Below, piece by piece: positions 62,401-64,000 of a stretch of DNA of 64,000 bases. The stretch comes from Piromyces finnis finn. Lineage: Eukaryota; Fungi; Neocallimastigomycota. The stretch is from contig MCFH01000046.1 in assembly GCA_002104945.1 (NCBI GenBank), positions 124,001 to 188,000 on the forward strand, written 5' to 3'. The notes under the pieces are model-generated. The model saw only the letters and a program-made list of their open reading frames with translations, had not been told where the DNA came from and ran no database searches. The first letter of the stretch is position 1. Every line of letters begins with the position of its first letter. The position numbers were made by a program, and so were the translations under genes.

Positions 62401-62916
62401 TGGAACTTTTTTTGTTGATGTAATCACATCCTGATCGTTTTCTATTGAATCACTTATTATATTTTCGCCTTTCTTTTCTTTTTCTTTATACTTATTTTTT
62501 AAATTATCTCTATCTCTGTCTCTGTCTCTATCTCTGTCTCTATCTCTGTTTCTATCTCTATCTCTATCTCTGTCTCTACCTCTTTCTCTATCTCTTCTAT
62601 CTCTGTCTCTATCTCTTCTATCTCTATCTCTGTCTCTGTCTCTATCTCTGTCTCTATCTCTGTCTCTGTCTCTGTCTCTATCTCTTTCTCTATCTCTGTC
62701 TCTATCTCTGTCTCTATCTCTGTCTCTGTCTCTGTCTCTGTCTCTATCTCTGTCTCTGTCTCTGTCTCTGTCTCTATCTCTATCCCTGTCTCTATCTCTT
62801 CTATCTCTTTCTCTGTCTTTTTCTCTTCTTTCTTTGTTTTTATCTCTTACATCATCTTTAGAATTATTTAATTCTTGTTGTATATCATTATCGATTTCCA
62901 TGCTCGAGCTATTCAT
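59443..62916 (-). CDS. PRP28: U5 snRNP DEAD-box helicase Prp28/DDX23; multi-exon
   Basis: RD-rich N-terminus, [35 protein letters not shown], Walker [16 protein letters not shown], and [12 protein letters not shown]. Stop at 59443. Confidence 0.95.
62510..62800 (-). repeat. Coding (AGAGAY)n repeat encoding an Arg-Asp dipeptide tract in Prp28
   Basis: RDRDRD tract in ORF 62323-62916; boundaries are approximate. Confidence 0.85.
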
Positions 62917-63473
62917 ATATTATTATTATAAAATATAATTACATATATATATTTATTAGCAAATTTATTATTTATTAAATTAAAACTAAAGTAACACTAT
63001 AAAATTATATTATTGTTATTTTTAATTATCTCTTTATATAATTCAAATAATTAATTAAATAAAAATCAAAATTTCATTTTATTCTTTTTTTCCTTAAAAA
63101 ATAAATAAATATATCTATAATATTAAAACTTATTACTTATTATACCTTTGCTCTTCTTTATTATTTGACATTTTATGTAATTCTAACTTTAAATTATCAA
63201 TTTATATTTAATAATTTTTATTAATCAAATACATTATACTTTCTAAATATCAGTTTTTTTTTCTATTATTATTAATAAAATAAAATATTATAAATTATGA
63301 TATATTTTAATTAACAAATATAGTCACGTGATTTATTATATTTTATAAGATTTTTTCAATTTATTTTATTTTTTAGACATTTTTAAAATATTTATTTTAA
63401 TTTAATTGGCATATAATTATTATATGCTATAATTATAAATAAATTATTAAAACAATAAAGTACAATATTAAAT

Positions 63474-64000
63474 TTAAAAGTTAATTTCTTCCAATTCGAC
63501 TTTTAGTTTTTCTATTTCTAATGTAATATCTTGTATGGATTCTTCTAAAATTTTAGCATTATCAAATTTTCTATTAAATAAAGCATCTTGATAATATCCT
63601 TGTAGCATAGAATATTGATCATTTAAAGCTTCCATTGCTACATTTATTTCTTTTATTCTTTTGGTTTTTTCTATATCCTCATTTATAACATTAATCTCAT
63701 CCTTTTCAGGTAACATTTTTAATGTTATCATATTATTTTGTAAAAATATTATACTACCTTTTGCTATATTAGTCTGTAAAGTTCTATGATATTTTGAATT
63801 TGCTGGTAATTTTAAAATTCTTTTACTGGAAATTATATAATTTATAATATTTATGTTAATTAAATAAAATATATATAATAATAATAGCAATAATAGCAAC
63901 AATAAATATTGCTATTACTATTAACAATTAATTAATAATTAATTACCTTAATAAATCTATTTGGTGAAAATTCTTAATAAGTTTTTCACGATATAACGCT
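63474..64000 (-). CDS. PEP7: 3' end of a Pep7/Vac1 (rabenosyn-5-like) gene; the 5' part lies outside the window
   Basis: An exon reading RYREKLIKNFHQIDLL splices to SKRILKLP...LQTNIAKGSIIFLQNNMITLKMLP. The C-terminal Rab-binding-like hairpin reads LNDQYSMLQGYYQDALFNRKFDNAKILEESIQDITLEIEKL. The FYVE domain is not visible in this window. Confidence 0.65.

Overview
Very AT-rich eukaryotic DNA with short GT-AG introns and ciliary/centriolar genes. This profile most resembles an anaerobic gut fungus (Neocallimastigomycota), though the taxon is inferred, not proven. The housekeeping genes, left to right, are OFD1-like (partial), CATIP-like, RAD51D, GCN20/ABCF3, a MIC26/27-like gene, TAF5, CDC23/APC8, a CXXC-less PDI-like gene, an OB-fold/CCCH/methyltransferase gene, ERV41, PRP28 and PEP7/VAC1 (partial). 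The unusual part is 18.4-50.9 kb. Two intronless Hsp104 genes lie in inverted orientation and share a near-identical 2652-bp core but have different N- and C-termini. Each is head-to-head, about 1.7 kb away, with a member of a secreted cysteine-rich family I do not recognise. That family has five genes and about 9.5 copies of a ~140-aa, 12-Cys, two-halved domain. One member carries two perfect (DEPVV)n arrays (31 and 43 units), and three members have strongly basic tails. A tiny poly(A)-tailed insertion with a 13-bp target-site duplication lies upstream of RAD51D. No CRISPR array, rRNA or tRNA was seen. All family assignments come from recalled motifs, not database searches.
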